A DNA stretch of 64,000 nt from Opitutales bacterium (GTDB taxonomy: Bacteria; Verrucomicrobiota; Verrucomicrobiia; Opitutales; UBA2987), in the NCBI GenBank assembly GCA_965226885.1, contig CBDDEL010000014.1, forward strand, positions 192,001 through 256,000. Reading direction: 5' to 3'. The first letter of the stretch is position 1; every line of letters begins with the position of its first letter. Positions 52,575 through 61,296 of this stretch are shown here, piece after piece. The position numbers and the translations under genes were made by a program. The notes under the pieces were generated by a model. It did no database searches. It was given only the letters and a program-made list of their open reading frames with translations, and was not told the DNA's origin.

Positions 52575-53672
52575 ATGCAAAAAATAAGGGCAGCCGTTTG
52601 TTACGAATTTGGGAAACCCCTCGTGGTCGAGGAGATCGAGATCGCTCCACCACAGCAGGGAGAAGTCAAGGTGCGGGTGGCCGCGACCGGCATTTGCCAT
52701 AGCGACATTCATTTGATCAAGGGAGAATGGGGCGGCCCCGTTCCCCTCGTTCCGGGGCATGAAGTGGCCGGAGTGGTTGAAGAAATTGGCCCTGATGTTA
52801 TCACAGCCAAAGTGGGGGATCCGGCAGTGGTTTGCCTGGTGCGCAATTGCGGACGCTGCCATTATTGCGCCAAGGGACTGCCCCAAATGTGCTCGGGGGA
52901 TTTTGCCCTCGCCCGGGAAAGCCGTTTAAAGAACTTGCAAGGGGAAACTTTAGCGCCGGGCCTGTTCACGGCCGGTTTTGCCGAATGTGTGGTCGTGGAC
53001 CAATCCCAGGTCGTCCCGGTGCCGGTGGGTTTTTCGCTGGAGCGGGCCGCTTTGCTGGCCTGCGGGGTTGTCACCGGTGTGGGGGCGGTGGTCAATACGG
53101 CCGAAGTTGAAACCGGTTCCAGTGTTGCCGTAATCGGTGCCGGGGGAGTCGGTCTCAATTCCCTCCAGGGAGCAGCCTTGGCAGGGGCTTATCCCGTTAT
53201 AGCCATCGATTTACTGGACAGCAAGCTGGAACAAGCAAAAGAGTTTGGGGCCACCCACTGCCTGCGCGTCGGCGATGGGGACATGGCCGAAGAAATCCGC
53301 AAAATCACATCGGGTCGGGGGGCCGATTATGCCTTTGTCACGGTGGGGACCGTCAAGGCCATAGAGCAGGCCATAGAATTGGTGGGCAAACGGGGGACCG
53401 TTGTCATCGTGGGCCTACCGCCGGTTGACACCCTCGTTTCCTTTTCAGCCATGACCCTGGTGCGCGCCGAGAAGCGCATCATCGGCAGCCGCATGGGCTC
53501 GACCCGGTTGGCAGTGGACGTGCCTCGACTTATCGAACTCCACCAGGGAGGCCGCCTCAAACTCGAGGAATTGATCAGCGGAAGGTATTCCCTTGAACAA
53601 ATCAACGAAGCCATTGAGTCAATGGAACAAGGCAAAGCGCTGCGCAACCTGATTGTTTTTGACCGAAATTAA
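52575..53672 (+). CDS. Zn-dependent alcohol dehydrogenase (class III/MDR-like)
   Basis: GICHSD, GHEVAG, CGRCHYC...C, ACGVVTG, GAGGVG. Confidence 0.92.
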   Translation: MQKIRAAVCYEFGKPLVVEEIEIAPPQQGEVKVRVAATGICHSDIHLIKGEWGGPVPLVPGHEVAGVVEEIGPDVITAKVGDPAVVCLVRNCGRCHYCAKGLPQMCSGDFALARESRLKNLQGETLAPGLFTAGFAECVVVDQSQVVPVPVGFSLERAALLACGVVTGVGAVVNTAEVETGSSVAVIGAGGVGLNSLQGAALAGAYPVIAIDLLDSKLEQAKEFGATHCLRVGDGDMAEEIRKITSGRGADYAFVTVGTVKAIEQAIELVGKRGTVVIVGLPPVDTLVSFSAMTLVRAEKRIIGSRMGSTRLAVDVPRLIELHQGGRLKLEELISGRYSLEQINEAIESMEQGKALRNLIVFDRN

Positions 53673-53699
53673 CCACGGTTTGTTCATATGTGATAGGTT

Positions 53700-55517
53700 C
53701 TAAAGTGGCCAGATGCGGGGAATCAGGATTATACTGAAGGTGAAATAGAGAAAATTCAGTGGAAGCCCGATTTTGGCAAAATCCCTGAATTTATAGCCTC
53801 CCACGCCATAGACGTAGGTATTTGTCTGGTAGCCGATGGGCGTTGAGAAGCTGGCCGAGGCGGCGATCATGGTGGCAATCAGCAATGGCCGGGGGTCGAT
53901 CCCCATATCGGCCGCTACCCACAGAGTAATGGGGGCCATCAGCACAATGGTGGCGTTGTTGGAGAGCAATTCGGTGAGTATGGCCGTGCAGAGATAAATA
54001 CCGGCCAATATTGCGTAAGGCTTGAGCGCATCCGAAAAAACGTTTTCCACCGCCGATACCATGCCCCCGGCAATCAGGTGTGCCGCGCCAGTATCCTGCA
54101 TGGCCAGGCCGATACCGAGCATTCCGTAAATAAGGAAAATGATGCTCCAGTCGATGGATTCGTAGGCTTCCTTCGTTTTGAGACAGCCGGTCAGGAAGAG
54201 AAAACCGCATCCAATCAAAGATACCGCCACAATGGGAGCCAGGTTCAATGAAACCAGCAGTATGATGGCCGCCAGTGTTCCCACCACCAGTGGCATCTTT
54301 TTTCGCCCGCTCTTGGCCGGGGTGGCCGGCCGGTCGAGCAATAAAATGTCGTCGCTCTTGCGCAATTCCTCGATCGCACGATCCGTTCCCATCAACAGCA
54401 AGATGTCGCCGAAATCAAATTCCATTTGATCGATTTTTTCGCGCACATTGACGCCTCTGCGGTGCATGGCCAATATGATCATGTTGAACCTCTGGCGGAA
54501 ATTGAGGGCTTTGACCTTTTTTCCGGTTAAGGTGGAGCGTGGGCCGATGACCGCTTCAACGATGGAACCCTCATGCGCGGCGATGGCTTCCAGGCCAAGA
54601 TTCATTTCCGCAAACAGTTCCAGGCCGTCAAGGCTGCGAGCATGGGCGAATCCGGAAGGCCGGCAGGAAAGCACCAGCCGGTCTCCTTCCGCCAATGGTA
54701 TGGTTTTGGGGTTGACCCTGAGAACCACCTCACTGCGCACAATTTCCAGAACCCTCAGGCTTTTCCCTTTTAATATGCCGGATTCATCCACCGTTCTGCC
54801 GACCAGTTCCGACCCCTTTTGAACGAACGCTTCGGTCAGAAATTCCTTTCTCTCCTCTTCGCTCAAAATCGAAGTCAGCGTCTCTCTTTTCGGCAGCAAA
54901 CGATTGCTGAACAAAGTCAGGTAAACCGTTGCTACCAGCAGGAGGGGAATCCCCACCCAGGCCAGCTCGAACATGGCCAGCGGAGGTTGCCCGGCCTCTT
55001 CCATAAATTCGCTGGCCAGGATATTGGTACTTGTTCCCACCAGGGTGCAGGTTCCGCCGAAAATGGAAGCATAGGATAAGGGTATCAGCAGTTTCGAGGC
55101 CGGCACGTCCATGGTGCGGGCTAGGCTCAGCACCACAGGCATAAAAACCACCACCACCGGCGTATTGTTGGTGAATGCCGAAATAAAGGCGACGGACAAG
55201 ATCATCAGGGGCAGAAATTTCCTCATGCCAATGCTGGCCACGCGGCTGAGAAAGCCAGCCAGTATATCGATGGCCCCGCATTTTTGCAGCGCCGTGCTAA
55301 CCACAAACATGGCCGCAATCGTGATCGGGGCGGGATTTGAGAAAACCTTTATCAACCTCTCCGGACCGGGCAATTTTTCCGCCCACGGCAGCAACCCGGC
55401 CAGCATGACGGCCCCGAAAAGAGCAATAGCCGTCAGGTCCGTCGGCAGCTTTTCCAGCGTAAAACTTACTACCGCAAACGCCAAAAGGAGGAACATAAAG
55501 GCAATTTCCCAGGTCAT
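53700..55517 (-). CDS. SLC13 family permease with TrkA-C domains
   Basis: SAFTNNTP, GGTCTLVGTSTN, LSNNAT, TPIGYQTN. Confidence 0.92.
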   Translation of the reverse strand: MTWEIAFMFLLLAFAVVSFTLEKLPTDLTAIALFGAVMLAGLLPWAEKLPGPERLIKVFSNPAPITIAAMFVVSTALQKCGAIDILAGFLSRVASIGMRKFLPLMILSVAFISAFTNNTPVVVVFMPVVLSLARTMDVPASKLLIPLSYASIFGGTCTLVGTSTNILASEFMEEAGQPPLAMFELAWVGIPLLLVATVYLTLFSNRLLPKRETLTSILSEEERKEFLTEAFVQKGSELVGRTVDESGILKGKSLRVLEIVRSEVVLRVNPKTIPLAEGDRLVLSCRPSGFAHARSLDGLELFAEMNLGLEAIAAHEGSIVEAVIGPRSTLTGKKVKALNFRQRFNMIILAMHRRGVNVREKIDQMEFDFGDILLLMGTDRAIEELRKSDDILLLDRPATPAKSGRKKMPLVVGTLAAIILLVSLNLAPIVAVSLIGCGFLFLTGCLKTKEAYESIDWSIIFLIYGMLGIGLAMQDTGAAHLIAGGMVSAVENVFSDALKPYAILAGIYLCTAILTELLSNNATIVLMAPITLWVAADMGIDPRPLLIATMIAASASFSTPIGYQTNTYVYGVGGYKFRDFAKIGLPLNFLYFTFSIILIPRIWPL

Positions 55518-55633
55518 TGTATTTTATTCATTTATTCATTTATTGGGCTGATGGCCGCTCTTTGAGATTGCTTGCCGCAACTTGTGTTTTGTAACATCCT
55601 ATCTTAATAAAAAACCTGAACTTATCAAGAACC

Positions 55634-56167
55634 ATGAACGATAGAATTGAAAACATAAACCGCCGGAACAACGTGCAATACATCTACGATTTTTTAAAAA
55701 TTGTCCTTTTGGCCGCTGTTTTTCCACTGCTCGATTCTTCCCCGCTGGCCGCTGATGAAGTGATGCAATTGAATCCCGATGGAATTATCGAAATCACCGG
55801 CAATGACCAGATGAAATACAATGTTTCCAGCTTTGAAGTTACCGCCGGCCAGGAAGTGACCATTGTATTGAAAAATATCGGAAAACTGCCCAAAGTGGCC
55901 ATGGCCCACAATGTTGTCGTGGTGACAATAGGAACCGATGTGATGCAATTCGCCATGGCTGGGATCGCCGCCAAAGACAACGACTATATATCACCGGGCA
56001 TGCAGGACAAAGTCATTGCCAAAACCTCACTGGCAGGTCCGGGTGAAACCGTCAAAGTCACCTTCACGGCGCCATCGGAACCTGGTAGATATCCCTATTT
56101 ATGCACCTTTCCCGGCCACCTCATGGCTGGAATGAAGGGCTTGATGACCGTCAAAGCCGGCTCCTGA
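55634..56167 (+). CDS. Azurin/auracyanin-like blue copper protein
   Basis: GNDQMKY, MAHN, CTFPGH...M type-1 copper ligands. Start uncertain. Confidence 0.88.
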   Translation: MNDRIENINRRNNVQYIYDFLKIVLLAAVFPLLDSSPLAADEVMQLNPDGIIEITGNDQMKYNVSSFEVTAGQEVTIVLKNIGKLPKVAMAHNVVVVTIGTDVMQFAMAGIAAKDNDYISPGMQDKVIAKTSLAGPGETVKVTFTAPSEPGRYPYLCTFPGHLMAGMKGLMTVKAGS

Positions 56168-56195
56168 ATCACCTTGGAATTTAAGCAGTTCTCAC

Positions 56196-56645
56196 TCACC
56201 CGGCGGGGGTGGGGAACCACTGGTAGAGGAAGAAATACACCAGAACCCCTGTCAGGGAGACGTAATACCAGAGCGGAAAGGTGACACGTGCCCAACGGCG
56301 GTGTTTTTCGAAATTTCCTTTCACCGCGAGGTAAAGAGTCCGCAGGACCAGGGGCACAATGACCATGGCCAGGATGATGTGGGAAATCAGCATGGGGTAA
56401 TAAATCAGGGGCCAGATTCCCGTGCCTCCGAATTCCGTATGCATACCTTTAACCAGGATTCGGTTCGTCACATAACCGATTAAAAAGAGGCAGGACAGGA
56501 AAAGCGCACCAGTCATGGCTATACGGTGGGCGTCCTTTTTACCCGACCGGATGAGCAGATAGCCAATCGTCAACAGGACTGCGGCGGCGGCATTTAAACT
56601 GGCGTTGACAGCCGGCAAACTGATGGCTGATAAATATTGGCTCAT
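56196..56645 (-). CDS. DUF420 membrane protein
   Basis: LPAVNASLN, SHIILA, HRRWAR, WYYVSLTGV. Confidence 0.88.
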   Translation of the reverse strand: MSQYLSAISLPAVNASLNAAAAVLLTIGYLLIRSGKKDAHRIAMTGALFLSCLFLIGYVTNRILVKGMHTEFGGTGIWPLIYYPMLISHIILAMVIVPLVLRTLYLAVKGNFEKHRRWARVTFPLWYYVSLTGVLVYFFLYQWFPTPAG

Positions 56646-58936
56646 TGGGAAGAGGATTCAGGTTCCGCCTGCGATGATGTTTCGAATTGTTTGATTAAGG
56701 CTTTGAGCTTTTTGGCCTGGTGGATTTTTGGGTTCAATTGGAGCGCTTTTTTCATGTGTTCAACACCTTTCTTTGTTTGACCCATCTCATTGTAAAGAAC
56801 AAGGCCCAAGTATTTTTGGGCGTTGTCCCAGTTTTCGTCGGCCTCAACAGCCTTGAGATGCTGTTCCGCCGCTTCCTCGTGAAGCCCGAATTCCGTAGCC
56901 AGGCGCCCATGAAAAAAATGAAACGATCGATTGCCAGGCGTTGACGATGTAGCCAGGCGGTATTCTTCCAGAGCCTCCTCTTTTTTGCCCTTGGCCAGGA
57001 GAACCCGCCCCAGTATGCGGTGCACCCAGCCCTCGTAGGGCACAATTTTGGCTGCGTGGGAAAGGGTGGCAATGGCTTTGTCGTAGGCCCTTAAATTTTC
57101 ATAGCATTGCCCCAGGTAAAACAAGGCCGAGGGGGAGTTCGGAAAATAACCGACATAACGCTCCAGGATTTCCTTGGCCTCCTTATATTTATGGGACTTG
57201 AGGAGGGCTGCGCCACTCGCATTTAGTGTGTCCGCCCGATAGGGATTGTGCTTTCTGACTTTTTCACCGAAGCGTATGGCATTCTTCCAATCCTGCTGAT
57301 CAATGGAAAACCGCTGGTATTCATAAAACCCATCCGCCTTTACCCAGCGGTGTTGCAGTGCCCCCCAGTATATCGCCAAAAGAATCGAAATGGCCGCACA
57401 CCCGACGGCCAGAAGGGTATGACTAAGTGTCCAAAGAGTCTCACCGCCTTTGTCATTGATTTGCTTCTTCCCGGGCCAGGGAGTTAATCGTACCAATAAA
57501 GCGATGTGCACAGCGATTAAATAGGGTGGAGTGGCCCGATAAAATGGAGAGCTGAAACAAGCCACCAGACCTATTCCCAACAGGGCGACCAGATGGTTGA
57601 TGGCCATTAAGCGGCTGGATTTTCCCTCCTCTAGAAAAAACACGCGCCAGCTCATCTTAAATAATAGAAAACCAGACCACAACAATACCAAAAAACCTGG
57701 TATGCCCAGTTCCGCCGCCAGTTGAATAAAATCGTTATGGGCATATCGTGGCGCTTTAAACAGATTCAGTTCATTGTCCTCCCTTTGCGCCTCGTGGTAG
57801 TTGGGATATTGCGCCCGGAAATTTTGCACACCGATCCCGGTTAGAGGATGATCCTCAATCATTTTCAGGGTATTTTCCCAATAGATGAGACGAAACCGCA
57901 TCGACGAAGTGTTGGTCAATTTGGCGAGTCTCTGCTTTTTATCAGGCGCCGGTTTTTCACTTTTCGCCACTGTTTCGGTCTGGGCTCGAACTTTTTTTTC
58001 ATGTTTTAAATTCGGCAGGTAAGCCACGCAAAAGACCGCCATGACAGCTATCGCAAAAGCGCCAATTTTTTTAAAATCCATCCGGTGAACCGAATTGTGC
58101 CTCAAGCGATCCCAAAGAAAATACGCTCCCAGGAAGAAAAATTGACAACTAATCGCCAACCATGCGGCGCGCGTAACCGTAAAATAAACAAATATCAGCA
58201 TAGCGGCCAGAACCGTCGCGCTGATCCAGGTAAAAATTTTGCCTCGGCAGGTCCCGAGTATTAACATAGCCGCCGGGAGCGTGCCCACCACATAATGCGT
58301 GGCCATGTTTCGGTTGGCGAACGTAGCTGCCGGTGAAGCGTTCTGGTGAACCCAATCGAGGCCGATCAAATACTGTAGAATACCCATCGCGGAAACGAGA
58401 AACCCCGATAGCAAAAGGCAGCTCATCAATTGAATATTGCGTTTCGGTCGATGGAGCAACTGGACGGCTAGAAAAAATACAAGACCGCAAGCGAACCAAT
58501 GAATCCACTGCACTAAACTCAAATATGCATAATTAGACAGGAGTATGTTCAGGCCGCCCCAGGCGAAACCAACGCCCAAAGGAAGATACAATGGGCACTT
58601 CAACACGGAAAAGGATTTTTCCCGGCGGCAATGGAGCAGCCAGACCGCCAGCAGGACCAGAACCCCAAGTTGCAGAAAAATGGTTTTCGGGTAATTGGCA
58701 TAATCGAAAGTAGTTTGAAAAATGGGAAAAGGTAGTAGCAGGGCGACGGCTAAAAAGAGCGCCCAGCAAAGTTTTTCCAGCACCGGCACCCTTTCCAGGA
58801 CTGGCCTTCCCGTTTTTTTTTCGATCTCCCGCTTAACCAGTTCCAGGGGCAGCTTTAAATCCCCAGCAATAGTCTCCGCCGGTTTGCGCGTTGCGGACCG
58901 TTCAATGTATTTACGTTTTTTGTTGGACAGCTCCAT
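56642..58936 (-). CDS. O-antigen ligase-like (Wzy_C) membrane protein with N-terminal HTH-like motif and C-terminal TPRs, paralog 1
   Basis: ATFANRN, TRAAW, R...W, P..GIG, AHNDFIQL..ELG; TPR-like C-terminus. Confidence 0.85.
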   Translation of the reverse strand: MELSNKKRKYIERSATRKPAETIAGDLKLPLELVKREIEKKTGRPVLERVPVLEKLCWALFLAVALLLPFPIFQTTFDYANYPKTIFLQLGVLVLLAVWLLHCRREKSFSVLKCPLYLPLGVGFAWGGLNILLSNYAYLSLVQWIHWFACGLVFFLAVQLLHRPKRNIQLMSCLLLSGFLVSAMGILQYLIGLDWVHQNASPAATFANRNMATHYVVGTLPAAMLILGTCRGKIFTWISATVLAAMLIFVYFTVTRAAWLAISCQFFFLGAYFLWDRLRHNSVHRMDFKKIGAFAIAVMAVFCVAYLPNLKHEKKVRAQTETVAKSEKPAPDKKQRLAKLTNTSSMRFRLIYWENTLKMIEDHPLTGIGVQNFRAQYPNYHEAQREDNELNLFKAPRYAHNDFIQLAAELGIPGFLVLLWSGFLLFKMSWRVFFLEEGKSSRLMAINHLVALLGIGLVACFSSPFYRATPPYLIAVHIALLVRLTPWPGKKQINDKGGETLWTLSHTLLAVGCAAISILLAIYWGALQHRWVKADGFYEYQRFSIDQQDWKNAIRFGEKVRKHNPYRADTLNASGAALLKSHKYKEAKEILERYVGYFPNSPSALFYLGQCYENLRAYDKAIATLSHAAKIVPYEGWVHRILGRVLLAKGKKEEALEEYRLATSSTPGNRSFHFFHGRLATEFGLHEEAAEQHLKAVEADENWDNAQKYLGLVLYNEMGQTKKGVEHMKKALQLNPKIHQAKKLKALIKQFETSSQAEPESSSQ

Positions 58937-58961
58937 TAACCGATATGCATTCAGAAATTAA

Positions 58962-61277
58962 TTAACTACCCTCCGCTTTTTGGGAGGTCTTTTCAAATTC
59001 GGCAATGATTTTCCGAAGACTTTCCGCATCTCTCTGTTTCGGATTAACCTCCAGGGAAGCTTTCAGGTGTCGAATGCCTTCCTCTTTCCTTTTCAATCCA
59101 TAATAAAGTGAATAGCCCAAATATTTGTGGGCTAGATCAAAAGCATTGTCTAGTTTGACGGATTCCAGCAGAGCCCTGGCTGCTTCTGCATACTTTTTTT
59201 CTTTGTAGGCATAATAACCGAAGTTGTAATGGTAGAGATTTTTTTCGGGAGTATATTGGGCCGCCATACGAAAGCTTTCCATCGCCTCCCTGTCTTTTCC
59301 TTGCGCTCCCAGGACTTGACCCAACAGGTAGTGGATGCTGCCGTCTCTCAAGGAGTATGCGGCTGCCTTGCGGGCGGATTCAAGGGCTTTGTCCATTTTT
59401 CCCATCTTGTAATAAATGGTGGCCTGATGGTAGAAGTTTCCGGCGTCATGGGGAGAAAGACGACCCACTTTTGTCAGATATTCGATGGCTGCATCCAACT
59501 CCCCAAGGGCCAGGTGCGCCCTTCCAATGTAGTTCAGGGTGTCTTTGCGGTAGGGATTGAAAGAGCGCACTTTCTCTCCATAAACAATCGCGTTTTCCCA
59601 GCTTTGCTTGCTGATCGACCTCCTTTGCAGGCTGATGTAACGATCCGCCCACAACCACTTAATCTGTAGGTAACCGAACCCGCCCAAGGCCATCAGGGCA
59701 ATCGTCAATGCTGCATAAAAACGGGGTCCGGATCGATAAATGCGTGGGAAAGCGGCTCCGGTTGATTTCCCTTCTTTTTCCGTTGGGCCGATGCTGCATA
59801 TCCGTGCCAGCACGGCAGCGTAAAGGCCAAAAATGAGCGGCGGTATGGCGCTATAGAGAGGAAAACTGAAGAGAGCATTGACCGACATCCCGGCCACGGC
59901 CGTCAATCCAGCCGCAGCTATAAGCCGGTCATCCTCCCGGCTGCCGGAACCGAGAAGCCGTTTTGCCATACGGAGAAATTCCCAGGCCATCCAGAGTATT
60001 AAAAAAAATCCCGCCAGCCCCAATTCCGCCGTTAGTTGAAGGTAATCGTTATGGGCCTGGTAGCGGTGCCGGTAGATGACCAATTTGTCTTCGCTCTCAA
60101 CTTCATTCATTGTGGCGGGGAAAAATAATCGATAATTTTGCACCCCCACCCCGATCCAGGGGCGATCCCTGATCATGCGCAGGGAATTGCTCCAGACAAA
60201 AAATCGGTCCTTGATCGATTTATGAGATTTTCGCAGTTGCCCAGTCGCCCTGGTTCCATCTTCGACACTGGTGCCGGAATCCCACATGCCGGAGATGCGG
60301 TAATAGATTTTTTTTTCACGAAATTCCCAACCATTGGGGCCGAGGTGAGTCAATATTGCCAGGAGGGCCAATGCCCCCGCCAAGGCGCAGGATTTGTTTC
60401 TATTCAAAGCTCGTTTGGTTTTCCTCACAAAACGATTGTGCAGCCAATAGAGCGCGAAAAGTCCCGTTTCCATCGTCAGGCAAACCCAGGCGGCTCTCGT
60501 GAATGTGTAAAAAGTGTAGGCCGCCATGATCGTTCCGGCCATCGCCCACACCCACACGGAGGCCGAGGCCGTCCTTGGAGCGGAAAAAAACAGATAGACC
60601 GTGGCCGGAAATGCCATCACGATAAAATGCCCGGCCATGTTGCGATTGGCAAAAGTGGCGGCGGGCTTCGCCGTTTGCCCCACCCAGTCTACCCCCAGCA
60701 AATGCTGCAGGATTCCCAAAAACGATATGAGCATTGCGGACAGGGCCAGGACTTTCAAAAAGCTCTCCCAACGGTCTTTGTTGCGAAACTCCTGCGCCGC
60801 CAAAAAGAACAGCACGGCGCAGGCGGCCCAATTCGACCATTGGGAAAATGCCAGAAACCGGTAGGTGGTCCAGATTTGTGAAATGAGCGACCAACCGATA
60901 AAAAAGGCCAGAGGCAGATAGAGCCGGTTTGAATAAATTTCCACCGTGCGGTTCCGGCCGCAGTTGATGGCCAGCCAGATCGTCAGAAGGAGGAGCGCGC
61001 CCACTCCGATAAAGGCTTTTTTGGGCAAATCGCTGTAATCGGTGATCCCGTTGATAAGGATGAAAGGCGCCAGAAACATGAGGGCCAGGATGAGCCGGAA
61101 AAGCAAGCTTTCACGCAGTGGTTGGCCGACGGCTTTGTCCTTGTTTCCTCCTGCCACCAGATGCAGTTCCGCTTTGACTTCTTCCGGTGACAAGCCCAGG
61201 TCCCGGGCAATCTCGGCCACCGGTTTTCGCCCCGCGTGGCGTTTGATGTATTTTCGTTTTTTATTGGAAATCGCCAT
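58962..61277 (-). CDS. O-antigen ligase-like/TPR protein, paralog 2
   Basis: ATFANRN, TRAAW, PWIGVG, AHNDYLQLTAELG; start taken at MAISNKKRKY. Confidence 0.85.
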   Translation of the reverse strand: MAISNKKRKYIKRHAGRKPVAEIARDLGLSPEEVKAELHLVAGGNKDKAVGQPLRESLLFRLILALMFLAPFILINGITDYSDLPKKAFIGVGALLLLTIWLAINCGRNRTVEIYSNRLYLPLAFFIGWSLISQIWTTYRFLAFSQWSNWAACAVLFFLAAQEFRNKDRWESFLKVLALSAMLISFLGILQHLLGVDWVGQTAKPAATFANRNMAGHFIVMAFPATVYLFFSAPRTASASVWVWAMAGTIMAAYTFYTFTRAAWVCLTMETGLFALYWLHNRFVRKTKRALNRNKSCALAGALALLAILTHLGPNGWEFREKKIYYRISGMWDSGTSVEDGTRATGQLRKSHKSIKDRFFVWSNSLRMIRDRPWIGVGVQNYRLFFPATMNEVESEDKLVIYRHRYQAHNDYLQLTAELGLAGFFLILWMAWEFLRMAKRLLGSGSREDDRLIAAAGLTAVAGMSVNALFSFPLYSAIPPLIFGLYAAVLARICSIGPTEKEGKSTGAAFPRIYRSGPRFYAALTIALMALGGFGYLQIKWLWADRYISLQRRSISKQSWENAIVYGEKVRSFNPYRKDTLNYIGRAHLALGELDAAIEYLTKVGRLSPHDAGNFYHQATIYYKMGKMDKALESARKAAAYSLRDGSIHYLLGQVLGAQGKDREAMESFRMAAQYTPEKNLYHYNFGYYAYKEKKYAEAARALLESVKLDNAFDLAHKYLGYSLYYGLKRKEEGIRHLKASLEVNPKQRDAESLRKIIAEFEKTSQKAEGS

Positions 61278-61296
61278 GTCCGTTCGGCGCAAAGCC

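Noticed and set aside
55523..55544. TTTATTCA x2.75 and other short doublets (3021, 48664, 63624)
   Set aside because: Short or low-complexity and with no reference allele, so they could be chance or ordinary slippage; excluded from the duplication count.
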